A stretch of 63,326 bases of DNA. Origin: an uncultured Bacilli bacterium. Lineage in GTDB: Bacteria; Bacillota_I; Bacilli_A; RFN20; CAG-449. The stretch lies in assembly GCA_947595215.1 (NCBI GenBank), contig CANQEO010000006.1, forward strand, positions 1 through 63,326, given 5' to 3'. Under the pieces are notes generated by a model that was given only the letters and a program-made list of their open reading frames with translations, did no database searches and was not told where the DNA came from. Made by a program: the position numbers and the translations under genes. Shown here piece after piece: positions 52,392 through 63,196 of this stretch; position 1 is the stretch's first letter, and every line of letters begins with the position of its first letter.

Positions 52392-54784
52392 TTAGTTACT
52401 CCCTTCTAAAACTAAATAAATTCTTTTAGATAAATATTTAAGCCAATTATAAATAAATAAAATAAGCCAAATGGGCAAGCCAAATAAAATGAATGTTTCA
52501 AAAGTATAATAAGTTAAAGAATAAAAAATTATATAACCACTTAGCATTGTTAAAATCGCAATTGTCGTTGAAATTAAAATCATTTCAACAGAAAAACATT
52601 TAATAATATCTTTCTTAGAAATCCCTATTTGATTCATAATAATCATCTCTTTTTTGCGTGAATTAATGATTGTTTTTGAAATAGATTTTGCAAGGAAGAA
52701 AAACAATATAAAAGCTAAAATTAATAGAAGATAATAAATAGTACTTCCTAAAAACATCGACATGGTATCTCCAAGTCTGACACCACCATAATTAACATAC
52801 ATATAAACTACATATCCTTCTTTTTCTAAAAGTTGTTTTAGATACTCTTTTTGATTGGCTTTTGCAAAAATACTAATACTATTTGTCTCTTCAAATGTAT
52901 TAGCTACTTCAATTACATTAGCAGCAACTCTAATTGGATATTTATCATTAGTATCAGTAGATACTACATTAATTTTTTTATTTCTTATTAAAAAAATGGT
53001 ATTGAGAATCTCACAAGGCTCATTATTAGTTTTAACCTTTGATTCTAAATCATTTTTCATTTCATCTATCGTGTCTTTTACATAGTCACTTACAAGTATG
53101 GTATCATCAGGCAACGAATAATCAACAAGATATGAAAAATCATTAAGACTTCGGAAAAGTGCAGTGGTTTTTAAAATTTCCCCATCTTTTTTATAAAAAG
53201 TTTCAATAGATGTAGATGACCAAAGATTAAAATTTCTTAACAAACATAATTGCGAAATCAAAGCATCATTAAGATATATTTCAATATTTTCATCAAAAGG
53301 ATCTAGAACATCTTTTATAACGACCGCAATATTAGTAGATGCTTTTGGTGGTTGATTAAATGTAAAATAAATTTTTGTACCAATTAAAGATTTATCATAA
53401 GAAGTTAATATGACTTCATCAAAAGCTAATTCGTATTTTTTTCATGCATAGAATGAAGAATATAAGGCACGTATTTTTCAGAAGAATAAATATATGTATC
53501 CAAACTAACTGAATCATCAACTACAAAATCAACTTCATTATAGTTTGAAATTCTTTGTAATTCGTCTTCCGAAAAATTACTTCTATCACTCTTTTCGATA
53601 ATAAGACGATTTTCATTTCTATTTAGAATCCAACTTGTTTCCATCGGATAATAAGAATTAAGAGAATTGAAATATTCATATCCTAATGATAATCCCACTG
53701 CCGAAGCAAAAATGGCAATAAGCATCATAACAACTGCTAATATAGATGAAAAGTTGCGTCTTATTGATTTCAATGATAAATAAAATTTATTGTTAATAGA
53801 TAATTGAGTAAAAACATTTTCTTTTAATGTATAAACTTCTTCTACTTTTTTTAGTTTTAAATCTTCGATGATTCTTCCTTCTTTCATTACTATTTTTCTT
53901 GTAGCATACGGAAGCAACTCTTCTTCATGATGCGTTACTAATAGTACTAATTTACCTTCACTATGTAAGTATAGTAATTCAATTACTTCTCGCGATGAAC
54001 GAGAATCAAGATTGGCGGTGATTTCATCACCAATAATGATTGAAGTATCCTTCAAAATCGCTCTCATGACTGCGACTTTTTGCTTTTGACCACCACTTAA
54101 ACGATTGACTTTACGCTCTTTAAATGCTGTCATATTAGCATCCTTTAAAATACTATCAATTCTTCTATTAATCTCTTTCGAATCAAGATTTCTTCCTAAC
54201 AATACTAATTTGAGATTTTCGTAAACACTATATTGTTCTAATAAAGCATAATCTTGAAAAATAAAAGACACTCTATCTCGACGATATTGTTCAAATTCTA
54301 CTTCATCTAGATGTGATAAAGGATTATATTCAACAAATATTTCACCATTTTGAAAACGATCCATAGCTCCAATCATTTTAATTAAAGTTGTTTTACCACT
54401 TCCCGATACACCAGAAATAGAAACAAATTCGCCTAATTTAAATGTAAGACTCACATTTTCTAGTCCAATTGAAACATGATTTCAATCTTGATAGTATTTA
54501 TAGACTCTATCCATTCGTAGAAGTTCTTTTATGGTATCATTAGTTTTAACTGAAGTTTGATATCTTTGTCCTTTTAATAATAAATCTATCAAAATATTAA
54601 AATAATAGGATATTTTCATCAGCATTTCTGCATCGGGCACTAACTTACCTTGTTCCCATTTGCTGATGGTGTTATGTCCAACACCAAATTCTTCACCTAA
54701 TTTTTGTTGAGTATAGCCTTTTTCTTTTCGTAGAGTGGTTAATAACTCACCAAAGGCATTATTTTGTTGCTCCATGATATTCAC
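52392..54784 (-). pseudogene. XRE-HTH + ABC ATPase + permease fusion gene, interrupted by an in-frame TGA (54482-54484) and an A7 frameshift (~53440)
   Basis: YYQD*NHVSIGLENVSLTF continues in frame into GVSGSGKT; one extra A restores HEKKYELAFDEV...DALISQ into ORF 53261. Confidence 0.75.
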
Positions 54785-54943
54785 CTCGGAAGAATTATAC
54801 TATATTGATAGTATTTACCATTATAATGTCAAAAAAAAGATTCTCTTTTTTAGAGAATCTAGTGTTTTGTTCATAATACTTTTATTTTATTACTTAAAAT
54901 ATAAATGAAATCTATAATTTATGAATTTTTATAACAAATACCC

Positions 54944-54990
54944 AAAAAAGCATTTTTAAGGTGCTCTTTTTTAGTTCAAATGGTGACCCC
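54944..54990 (-). repeat. att remnant (tRNA 3'-end mimic GGGGTCACCA) plus terminator
   Basis: shares TCACCATT with the tRNA-Lys 3' end; followed by AAGAGCACC..ATGCTTTTTT hairpin. Confidence 0.6.
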
Positions 54991-55560
54991 GAGAATGTAA
55001 AAGGCGAACTGTTGACCTCTTCAGAAGTGATAGTTTTGGACTGTCCTTTGTAGTTGAACAGGATGATGAAGTGGTCGTCTTAGAGGTAAATTGAATTGAC
55101 AAAGCTATCGATGAGCCGCTGTTTTCACTCTTTTGTGGTTAAATCCAATTTGCGATAGTTGCAAAGCGTGTGCAGAATTTGATCTTTGGAAAGAATGGGA
55201 TGCTGTGTTTCCGCTTCAAACAGCTCTATTTCAAGTTTCTGTTTTTATTCTTCCAATTCGTTAAGCAGTTTCTTCGTCGTTGACAAAATATGCCCTGTAC
55301 CAATCTACAATCGCATGTACTAAGTTGTACTTCTTCAAGTTGTCCTTTGGTCGCAAGCGTCGCATTGCTTTACTGTGATTGCATTTGGCAGATGCGCTTC
55401 GCCAAATCGTCCAAAATGCCGTCTGCGCTCTGTCTATGTAATTCCCGATGACCTCAATTCCGTTGAATTGGGCATATTCCAAGCACTCGCGGAGCTGACT
55501 TTCAATGCTCGCCTCGTTCTGTTTTTCTGACGAAAATTTCGCGTGTATAACTGCTTTCAT
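54981..55560 (-). pseudogene. Large serine recombinase, internally deleted
   Basis: MKAVIHAKFSSEKQ..SIESQLREC..YIDRA N-terminus joined to C-terminal QRLIDSFVNSIYL*DD..FNYKG..SSPFTFSGSP. Confidence 0.8.
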
Positions 55561-55748
55561 AAATTCTTTTCATTCTGTACTGGATTCCAAATGTCATAAG
55601 CAATTATAAAGTTTTTTCCTTCCGAGTATAATTCAACCAACTTCATGACAGCTTTTTGACCATAAAATCCTGTTTTACTACTTTTAGGATTTAGAGGATT
55701 TAACAATCTTTCTCTGTACCATTCCTTATTTTCTTTTATCAGCTTCAA
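55557..55748 (-). pseudogene. C-terminal fragment of an unidentified island gene
   Basis: overlaps the recombinase start; no RBS/ATG. Confidence 0.4.
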
Positions 55749-56232
55749 ATATTTGTAAAATTGTTCGTTCTGTTTTGAATGTTGTTACTAATTTTTTTAT
55801 CTCCTGCACTAAATCATTAAAAATAGGGATATTGTTGTTTAATTATCTCGACTTCCGACTGGCGCATTAGGGTCATCTTTTATACGATATGTTCTACTTA
55901 TAGAAAATGGCACTAGGATTAGTGGCATCTAATGTGGCAACAATGTACTCATTGTCAATGGTTTTAATATTCCCTAATAGAACATTAAAACCTACGACTA
56001 CCGATCAGTTATTCCTTCATCTTGCAAAGTTTTGATCACTTGAAGAACACCATTTATAAATTTGTTGCTTTCATCATTTCCAGTTTTCATGAGAAAATCG
56101 GTTTAACCCTTTGATTTTTACGAGTACTCGTGATATTATTATTATGCAAATTCTAACGACAAAAAATCACAAAATAGAATAAACTATGTGTTTTTTTGCA
56201 CCTAAAAATTTCATCGGTGATTGGAGGTTATT

Positions 56233-58518
56233 ATGAAAAAAAAGTTTCTCATGGCACTTTTGATTACTTTTACAACCATCTGCATGGTATCTTTGCTTGT
56301 TGGATGTGATTTAAGCTACAAACTTTATTTCCTCGTAGACGACGATGTGTATGCAATCATCGACACAACGGGAGATGAAGTAATCTCTGTCCCCAATGAT
56401 CCCGTTAAAGATGGATATACTTTTGACGGGTGGTACTGGGACAATTATATTTGGGAGAAACCCTTCACTGCAAATTCCTTACTTGACGCTCCGATTTCAA
56501 GCAATAAGTCGGTTTATGCAAAGTTTTCATTGTCGGAACAACATGAACTACAATTCAATGCCACTAATACGAATGGTAAACTGATAGCTTATCGGGGGCA
56601 ACAGCAGGAAAACGGCATAACATTTTCCAATGCCATCAATATTGATAACCAGTATTTTTTCTATTATTTCTATTTGGGGATGGTATCAAAAGTACCGATA
56701 TATACTTCAATTGCAATGCAATATCAATATGATACAGAAGTGACGTTCAATTTTACTAAATTGACAGAAAAATCGATTGCTGATAGTACCACAAAATCCA
56801 AAGAAACTGTCAATACACACTCTTATACGGGTGGGTTCAAAGTAGGATTTGAACTAGAATTTACCAATGAGGCTAAATTATTGTTATCCAAGGCGAAAAA
56901 ATCTCTTACTCTTAACTTTTCCGGGGAAAGTGATCATCATTGGACTAATAATTGGGGGGATGTCACTGCTGATTCGCAAACGGCAACTTCTTCATATTTA
57001 TCTCAATTTAGCCAAGGCTATTCTGAGCGAGTAACTTTTTCAAAAGACGCCGGGTTTACAAAAGGAAATTTCTATAGAATGTCATTTTACGATTCTGTAA
57101 GCGCATATGGTGTTTTGGCATATGAAGTTGCAACAAATACATATTCTACGACAACTGATTTCCTTTTAAGAAAGAATTCTACAGCAAGGGTTTGGGAAGA
57201 ATCCCAAAATGAGTTATTTGAATATCAACAAGAAAAAGATATTGAATTTGACGTAAATGCCGCAATTGAATATGCAGAAAGCCATAAATTAGAACTTACT
57301 CCAGATTCTTCCGAATTGGGAGATAGCTCAAATAATCCATATTTAATTTCCAGTGCCGATGATTTCCTGCAGAAGATTACTCAATTTGATGGCGGCAATA
57401 AATATTTTCGATTAACACAAGATATTGATTTTTCAGGAAAAACTTTATCGCCCATCACCAAACTCCTCGGCAATTTAGATGGAGCTGGTTATACGATTAC
57501 CAATCTGAATATACAGATTGATTCTATTGTTGATTTAACGCCGACAGATGCGGATGCTTATTATATTGGGCTTTTTCAATATGTATATGGTAATATATCC
57601 AATCTGAATATTCAAAACGCAAATCTTAGCGTAGATGAGTTAAATAAACGTATACGAGTGGGAACTTTGGCGGGCGGTCTTTATAGCGGTACGATTGCCA
57701 ATTGCACGACAAACGGTAAAATTCAAATAACTAATGCTGAAAATAATAATACGGTGTGGACGGGCGGTTTAATTGGTTATATAGAAAACAGTCTTGTAAC
57801 CAATTGCACGGCCGATGTTACATTGGATGTCAAGAATGTCGATATAATAAATTGCGGTGGTTTGATCGGTAGAGTATGCGGAAGCGAAATTAACAAATCT
57901 TTTGCGCAAGGAAATGTTACTATAGACGGGTCTGACATTGCTTCTGACAGCACGTATGTTGATGTCGGCGGATTGGTAGGACGCGTGGTAAAGAATGATG
58001 ATCTTGATTATCAGTCTAAAATACAAAATAGTTATGCAATAGGAAATGTGCTATGTGACATAAAAAAAGGCAAAGTTTACGCTGGCGGTCTTGTCGGACG
58101 TATGTATGATTGCATTGTTGAATTTGCATATGCAATAGGAACAATTACCGCTAAAAATCAAATGGGTTATGCCTATGCAGCAGGATTAATAGCAGTAGTT
58201 CAAGATAGTAAAATTACGAATGTGTTTTCCGCTAACAATGTTTTTGCAAGAGGAAATTATCAAGGGGCAGAAACTGCGTATAGCTTTTATGGACACATAT
58301 TTGCAGCGGAAAAAAATTTGAGCTTGTGGAAACTATACTTCGATAAAAACGCTTCTTTTAAGGCCGGGGGAACTGGAACTGAGCTAAAATGGGAAACGGA
58401 TTTTTACACGGGTGTTTCGAATTCCATACTAAAGTCTGAAAAATTTCAAGTGTCCGAATTAGAGTTGGACAAGAACATTTGGCTAATTAGCAATGGTAGT
58501 TACCCCACTCTTTTATAA
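56233..58518 (+). CDS. Lipoprotein: InlB-B/Flg_new repeat + aerolysin/ETX-like segment + GLUG repeats
   Basis: lipobox LLVGC; PVKDGYTFDGWY; S/T-rich alternating beta hairpin; NPYLISSA, GGLIG/GGLVG repeats. Confidence 0.75.
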   Translation: MKKKFLMALLITFTTICMVSLLVGCDLSYKLYFLVDDDVYAIIDTTGDEVISVPNDPVKDGYTFDGWYWDNYIWEKPFTANSLLDAPISSNKSVYAKFSLSEQHELQFNATNTNGKLIAYRGQQQENGITFSNAINIDNQYFFYYFYLGMVSKVPIYTSIAMQYQYDTEVTFNFTKLTEKSIADSTTKSKETVNTHSYTGGFKVGFELEFTNEAKLLLSKAKKSLTLNFSGESDHHWTNNWGDVTADSQTATSSYLSQFSQGYSERVTFSKDAGFTKGNFYRMSFYDSVSAYGVLAYEVATNTYSTTTDFLLRKNSTARVWEESQNELFEYQQEKDIEFDVNAAIEYAESHKLELTPDSSELGDSSNNPYLISSADDFLQKITQFDGGNKYFRLTQDIDFSGKTLSPITKLLGNLDGAGYTITNLNIQIDSIVDLTPTDADAYYIGLFQYVYGNISNLNIQNANLSVDELNKRIRVGTLAGGLYSGTIANCTTNGKIQITNAENNNTVWTGGLIGYIENSLVTNCTADVTLDVKNVDIINCGGLIGRVCGSEINKSFAQGNVTIDGSDIASDSTYVDVGGLVGRVVKNDDLDYQSKIQNSYAIGNVLCDIKKGKVYAGGLVGRMYDCIVEFAYAIGTITAKNQMGYAYAAGLIAVVQDSKITNVFSANNVFARGNYQGAETAYSFYGHIFAAEKNLSLWKLYFDKNASFKAGGTGTELKWETDFYTGVSNSILKSEKFQVSELELDKNIWLISNGSYPTLL

Positions 58519-58724
58519 GTCGATTTTTAAATAGTTGTTTTTGTCACAAATGTAAAATTTTTGAGTAAGCGGTTTGGTAGTCAGTCAAATAGCTTACTTG
58601 TAATCCGTCCTATATGACACCTTTTAGCGCAAAATCTGGAATTGCTCCCACGTGGCACTAATTGATTTCACTGCCTATTATTGCTGTCAATCAATTGTTT
58701 TTTATGGGATGATTACATGCCTAA

Positions 58725-59089
58725 TGAGCTTTCGCAGTTGTTCGAAGAGCAAACCGTGCGACGCTTTCCGCGATACCTACGACGATCTTCTGCTCACGAA
58801 ACCCGATTTCCTTCCATTCGGCGAACTGTACGAATTTATGCAGTATGATGACGGCGGAAACATTTTGACGATCAATTCCGACACTCTGCTCGAAGAAAAT
58901 ACGCATTACGAGAACGGAATCAATATCATCGGCGACGGGAATAGTTTGGGGCGCGGCGTTACTTTCCCTTGCTTGCAGACGATCTACTATTGCCGTGTCG
59001 TTAAAAGTCCGCAGGAGGATACAATGTGGCAGCACGCGAGAATGTTCGGCTATGACTGCAATCCGAAGCTGATGCGGATATTTCTGCCA
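58725..59089 (+). pseudogene. Internal fragment of a Z1-domain protein (restriction-system associated)
   Basis: NIIGDGNSLGRGVTFPCLQTIYYCR...DTMWQHARMFGY...MRIFLP; higher GC; both ends are junctions. Confidence 0.75.
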
Positions 59090-59226
59090 GTAACATACAT
59101 TTCTACCACCTCAAAAAAAATTAACATACGATATATTCAGTTGACGGATATTTTAAAAATTTTTTTCGCTATTCGAAAAAAATAAGGGCCGCTAAACCGC
59201 TTCTGCCCTTATTTTTTATTTTCGAT
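59075..59226 (-). repeat. Second copy of prophage right-end hairpin and wHTH gene start (homologous to 31551-31705)
   Basis: near-identical AATAAGGGCAGAAGCGGTTTAGCGGCCCTTATT and TATCCGTCAACTGAATATATCGTATG. Confidence 0.9.
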
Positions 59227-59234
59227 AAAATATA

Positions 59235-59950
59235 TTAATCATTAATTTCGCCTTTTTTACAACGTTTTAACTTTTTTTCTAATGTTTCACTTAAATTCTT
59301 TAAATCATTAGGATATAAACTAATTAAAGTTAATTTATCTTCTTTATATATTTCCATTTTATATGCTTTTTGTCTGTCGTATATTGGATTATTTTCAACA
59401 CCCCAATATTCAATATAAACATCACCCAAATTTTCATAATTTGGAAGTTTCCAATCTGGATAAATTGATTTCTCATATTTTGGATTATTAGGCAAATATT
59501 CCTTTTCATACTTATGTTGAATTTTATGATTATATAAATAATCATCAATTCTTGCTTCTTCATCACTTTTCACAATATGTCCATCTTCACTTATTATTTT
59601 TTTATTAAAATACTTACTTTCTAATAATTCAGATGAAGCACACCTTTTTATTCTTATTAAAATTTCTTTTTCATTATATTTATAATAACAATCTCTACAA
59701 AAATGATAACCATTGTCAGTTTCATTTCCACAAATAATACAAGTATTAGGATTATTTATATAAATTATTTTTTCTTTTTCTTGACTACATTTACAATTTG
59801 AATGTATATCAATGCCATTCACCGCATTTTTCACATTGAACTATTTTACCATTTTTAAACTCTTGAGCATGTTCACGACAAAGCTTATCTTTTCTTTCAT
59901 TTCCATATAATGATGATGTCGGCTTACCACATATTGGACAATTACTCATT
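59235..59950 (-). pseudogene. Zn-ribbon + PD-(D/E)xK-like nuclease cargo gene with a +1 frameshift at ~59811
   Basis: CPICG, CEKCG, CIICG, CRDC; VKSDEE..IDDYL..YEK..PDW..IEYWG; removing one T joins GEWH-DIHSNCKC; promoter TTGACA-17-TAGAAT (60013-59985). Confidence 0.65.
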
Positions 59951-60044
59951 TTAAAATTACCCCTTTTTAAATTCCTTTTTTCAAATTCTAACAAAGCCGA
60001 ATTTCTATGTCAACTTTATTGCAACATATATGCTCTTTCATATC

Positions 60045-60397
60045 TTTTTTATTGCCCTTAGACTATTCCATTTTTTCCTTTTTCGGTTTTCCTTTTTTAG
60101 GATTATACAAAATTCGATTCGTTCATCAATACAAACGGATATATTGACTACCTTCATCTAACTTTGTTTATTTTATATCTTATTGAAAGTAGAGCTTAAG
60201 ATGAAAAAGAAAAAGATTAAAAAAGAGCCATTGCTACCTTCAATCTAAATGGCTCTAAAGACAATCAATTAAAAATAATATTTATTCACCGTTAAATGAT
60301 TTCGTGACCCACTGACCAGGAAAGTTCGCGTGTCACTTAACAAAAAAAGAGAGTCGCCCTCACAACTCTCTTTTCTTCAAAACAGCGATTATATCGC
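60045..60397 (-). repeat. Second copy of prophage cis regions (homologous to 31299-31514 and 20959-21099, including the integrase 3' end)
   Basis: GACACGCGAACTTTCCTGGTCAGTG identical; NNIYSPLNDF(V/A)TH* integrase tail; joined at CTTT. Confidence 0.9.
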
Positions 60398-60409
60398 CGA
60401 TTTAACCAA

Positions 60410-60485
<76 letters not shown>

Positions 60486-60545
60486 ATGTGCCATAATATA
60501 GTACCCTAAAATAGTTTTTATTGCAAGAATAATTTAAAAAGTCAA

Positions 60546-61163
60546 TCACTCTTTAATGATTGACTTAATAGTTCTTATTAACATCCTAGATCCAACATCG
60601 TGGGTATAGTCATTGGGAATGATGATATCAGCGTAACGTTTCGATGGATTAATGAATAAATAGTGCATCGGTTTAACTGTAGTTAAATATTGATTAATGA
60701 CATTTTCCATCGTTCTTCCTCTTTCAAGGATATCTCTTTGCAAACGACGTATAAAGCGCAGATCATCGTCACAATCAACGAAAACCTTAACATCCGATAT
60801 ATTTCTTATTCTTTCATCTTCAAGCGCTAAAATGCCTTCTAAAATGATTACCTTTTTCGGCTCGATATGTTCGGTTTCCTTTTTTCTTGTGTAAGTAACA
60901 AAATCGTAAAGAGGTTTATCGATTGCCTCTCCATTTAATAGTTTTTTAAGGTCCTCTAAAAGAAGCTCATTTTCTAATGAAGATGGGTGATCATAGTTAA
61001 TTTTCTTTCTTTCTTCTAAGGTCATCTCATCTTGGCATCGATAATAATCGTCATGCTTAATAATAATTAAATCTTCATTCCCAAGCGCTTTAAAAATCTT
61101 TCCAACAACGGTCGTCTTACCAGAAGCAGAGCCACCGGCAATAGTAATTAAAACTGGTTTCAT
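60546..61163 (-). CDS. udk: Uridine kinase
   Basis: IAGGSASGKTT, NYDHP, RRLQRD..ERGR, ADIIIP. Confidence 0.93.
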   Translation of the reverse strand: MKPVLITIAGGSASGKTTVVGKIFKALGNEDLIIIKHDDYYRCQDEMTLEERKKINYDHPSSLENELLLEDLKKLLNGEAIDKPLYDFVTYTRKKETEHIEPKKVIILEGILALEDERIRNISDVKVFVDCDDDLRFIRRLQRDILERGRTMENVINQYLTTVKPMHYLFINPSKRYADIIIPNDYTHDVGSRMLIRTIKSIIKE

Positions 61164-61183
61164 AAAATCCTCACTAAATTGGT

Positions 61184-63196
61184 TTAGATAAACGAATTAC
61201 GATAAGTTTTGGCCCACTTAGTATATTTAAATTCCAAGTTTTCTTCGCCGCTTACTGCGACTCCATCCATATAGTATGGAGATGTTAATCCTAAACCGCG
61301 TACTTTCAAAGAACTATTACCATCACACGTTACCTCGACAGTACCACTAGTAAAGTTACAATATACTTTTGATCTTTTCAACATTTCTCGTAAAGTATTT
61401 CCATTTGGGTGAGTTTGAGTTTTCGCATTATGAGTAGCATCACCACGATTCACTAATGCAGTTGAAATAACCATCACCGAAGGATTGAGGCTAGAAAGAA
61501 TTTTACTGCTATTAGAAGTAGTAGAACCATGGTGAGATGCTTTTGCTAAATCCACTTTTTCAGTTTCTTTTTTATCGACTAAATTCGATTCTCCTTCTCT
61601 TTCTAAATCTCCGGCAAAATAATACTTTTGATTTTTATATGTCATAATAAAAGCAACTGATGTTAAATTGTAATTAAATGATGACTCACTACCAAAATCA
61701 CTTGATGGCTCTTCGTAATATCCTGTATCTAAGAAAGTAATACTTAAATCCTCGGTGATATAAAGCGTTTTTAAAGCTCCATTAGTTCCTTTAATACAAT
61801 CTGTTATAGGCGCATATTTATCGGCTGTCTTAAATAAATTACGAACGCTTTCTACTGCCGAATAATCACTTCTTTGATATCCATAATCAATAGCATAAGT
61901 GATGTTTTTAATTGTCGATAAAGCTGTAATCATTCCTCCGATATGATCGCTATGAGCATGAGTAGCAACTAAACATTCTAATCTTCCATCACTGACATTG
62001 CGCCGTAAAAAATCGTTTACGTACCCACCATCTTCGCTATCGCCGGCGTCGATTAACATATCAAAATCACCAGCCTTAATGTAAATTGAATCTCCATATT
62101 GACGATGCATTTCGATAAAGTATATTTTCACATCATCAATCACTTTACGACCTTTGTATATAGGATTGGTTTTAGTTCCTAATGTTCCGGTTCCGGTAAC
62201 TTTAGGAATCGCTAAAAAGTCAAATGTTAAAGTTGAATAAACTTCCTTTTGATATGCTAAAGAAACTGTGATTGTAACGCTAGTATCAATAGTGACATCA
62301 TAATAAGTTCCATCGTGACCAATTACATTTGGTTTATTGCTTTCATAACTAAATGATAATCGCGGAGATACGATAGTGTTAACGTAAAAATATAAATCAT
62401 CAGAAACATATTCGATATCTTCATAACAATCTTTTATAAAATCGATACCTTGTTGTTTTATTAATGCTTCAGAGCTATTTCCTCCATTATTACCATCGTT
62501 TTTATCTGGTACTGGATGAGATTCTACAATCTCTAAAGCATCTTTATCATCGACGAAAGTAAGTAAACTATATGCCTCGGATATCGTAGATTTTTTTAGC
62601 TTTGCAATATCTTTAAGATCAAGTTCAATCGAAAAGATTTTTTCATTCGTAAAATCGAAATATATTGTGTAATTAATTTTGCTATTAAAATAATAATTTT
62701 CATAATTATCATTAAAGAATCCACTTGCTACGATAAAGGAGCGAACAATACCGGGACAAGAAGAAGCATCTACAGAACCACTTATATGATCGTTAGATAA
62801 CGTTTTATTTTTAGCGTCGTTAAAGATATTTTGATATCCTAAAAAATCCCATATTTCATTGACATCATAGTCGCTTTGAAAACTATTATCGTCAGTGATA
62901 ATAGTTATCGATTCACTATCAAAATATTCTTCTGCAACGACATTAGTATTAGTAAAACTCGAAGCATAAACTTCTATGTTGCTATATGTTTTTAAACTAT
63001 CTCCGTTTTTAGAGAGATATGTCGTTTTCTTTCCGGTAGTACTTAAATCAATTGTAAAGGTATTATCAACCACTAATTTGTTTAAAGTTTCATAGTTTTC
63101 AATAATATCATTTACTTTATTAGAATTATTATTTTCAGATAACGAACAAGCACTAACTAATAAGATCAGTGGAAGTAGAAAAATGTGTTTTCGCAT
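61184..63196 (-). CDS. Lipoprotein with C-terminal ComEC-like MBL hydrolase domain
   Basis: lipobox VSAC; GDSIYIKAG, THAHSDHI, AGDLE, HHGS; paralog of 7978-9279. Confidence 0.85.
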   Translation of the reverse strand: MRKHIFLLPLILLVSACSLSENNNSNKVNDIIENYETLNKLVVDNTFTIDLSTTGKKTTYLSKNGDSLKTYSNIEVYASSFTNTNVVAEEYFDSESITIITDDNSFQSDYDVNEIWDFLGYQNIFNDAKNKTLSNDHISGSVDASSCPGIVRSFIVASGFFNDNYENYYFNSKINYTIYFDFTNEKIFSIELDLKDIAKLKKSTISEAYSLLTFVDDKDALEIVESHPVPDKNDGNNGGNSSEALIKQQGIDFIKDCYEDIEYVSDDLYFYVNTIVSPRLSFSYESNKPNVIGHDGTYYDVTIDTSVTITVSLAYQKEVYSTLTFDFLAIPKVTGTGTLGTKTNPIYKGRKVIDDVKIYFIEMHRQYGDSIYIKAGDFDMLIDAGDSEDGGYVNDFLRRNVSDGRLECLVATHAHSDHIGGMITALSTIKNITYAIDYGYQRSDYSAVESVRNLFKTADKYAPITDCIKGTNGALKTLYITEDLSITFLDTGYYEEPSSDFGSESSFNYNLTSVAFIMTYKNQKYYFAGDLEREGESNLVDKKETEKVDLAKASHHGSTTSNSSKILSSLNPSVMVISTALVNRGDATHNAKTQTHPNGNTLREMLKRSKVYCNFTSGTVEVTCDGNSSLKVRGLGLTSPYYMDGVAVSGEENLEFKYTKWAKTYRNSFI

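Larger units (their letters stand above)
54979..60409. mobile_element. Composite decayed island at the tRNA-Lys 3' end (serine-recombinase island + remnant of the tRNA-Thr element family)
   Basis: LSR pseudogene, GC-richer segments, Z1 fragment, homology to 20959-21099 and 31299-31705. Confidence 0.75.

Noticed and set aside
54482-54484. In-frame TGA as evidence of genetic code 4 or selenocysteine
   Set aside because: TGA ends conserved genes such as udk, Trp is encoded by TGG elsewhere, and the same gene has a second lesion; a nonsense mutation is simpler
58652-59185. 177-aa ORF as an intact gene
   Set aside because: Chimera of a Z1 fragment with unrelated flanks; the C-terminus is antisense phage sequence
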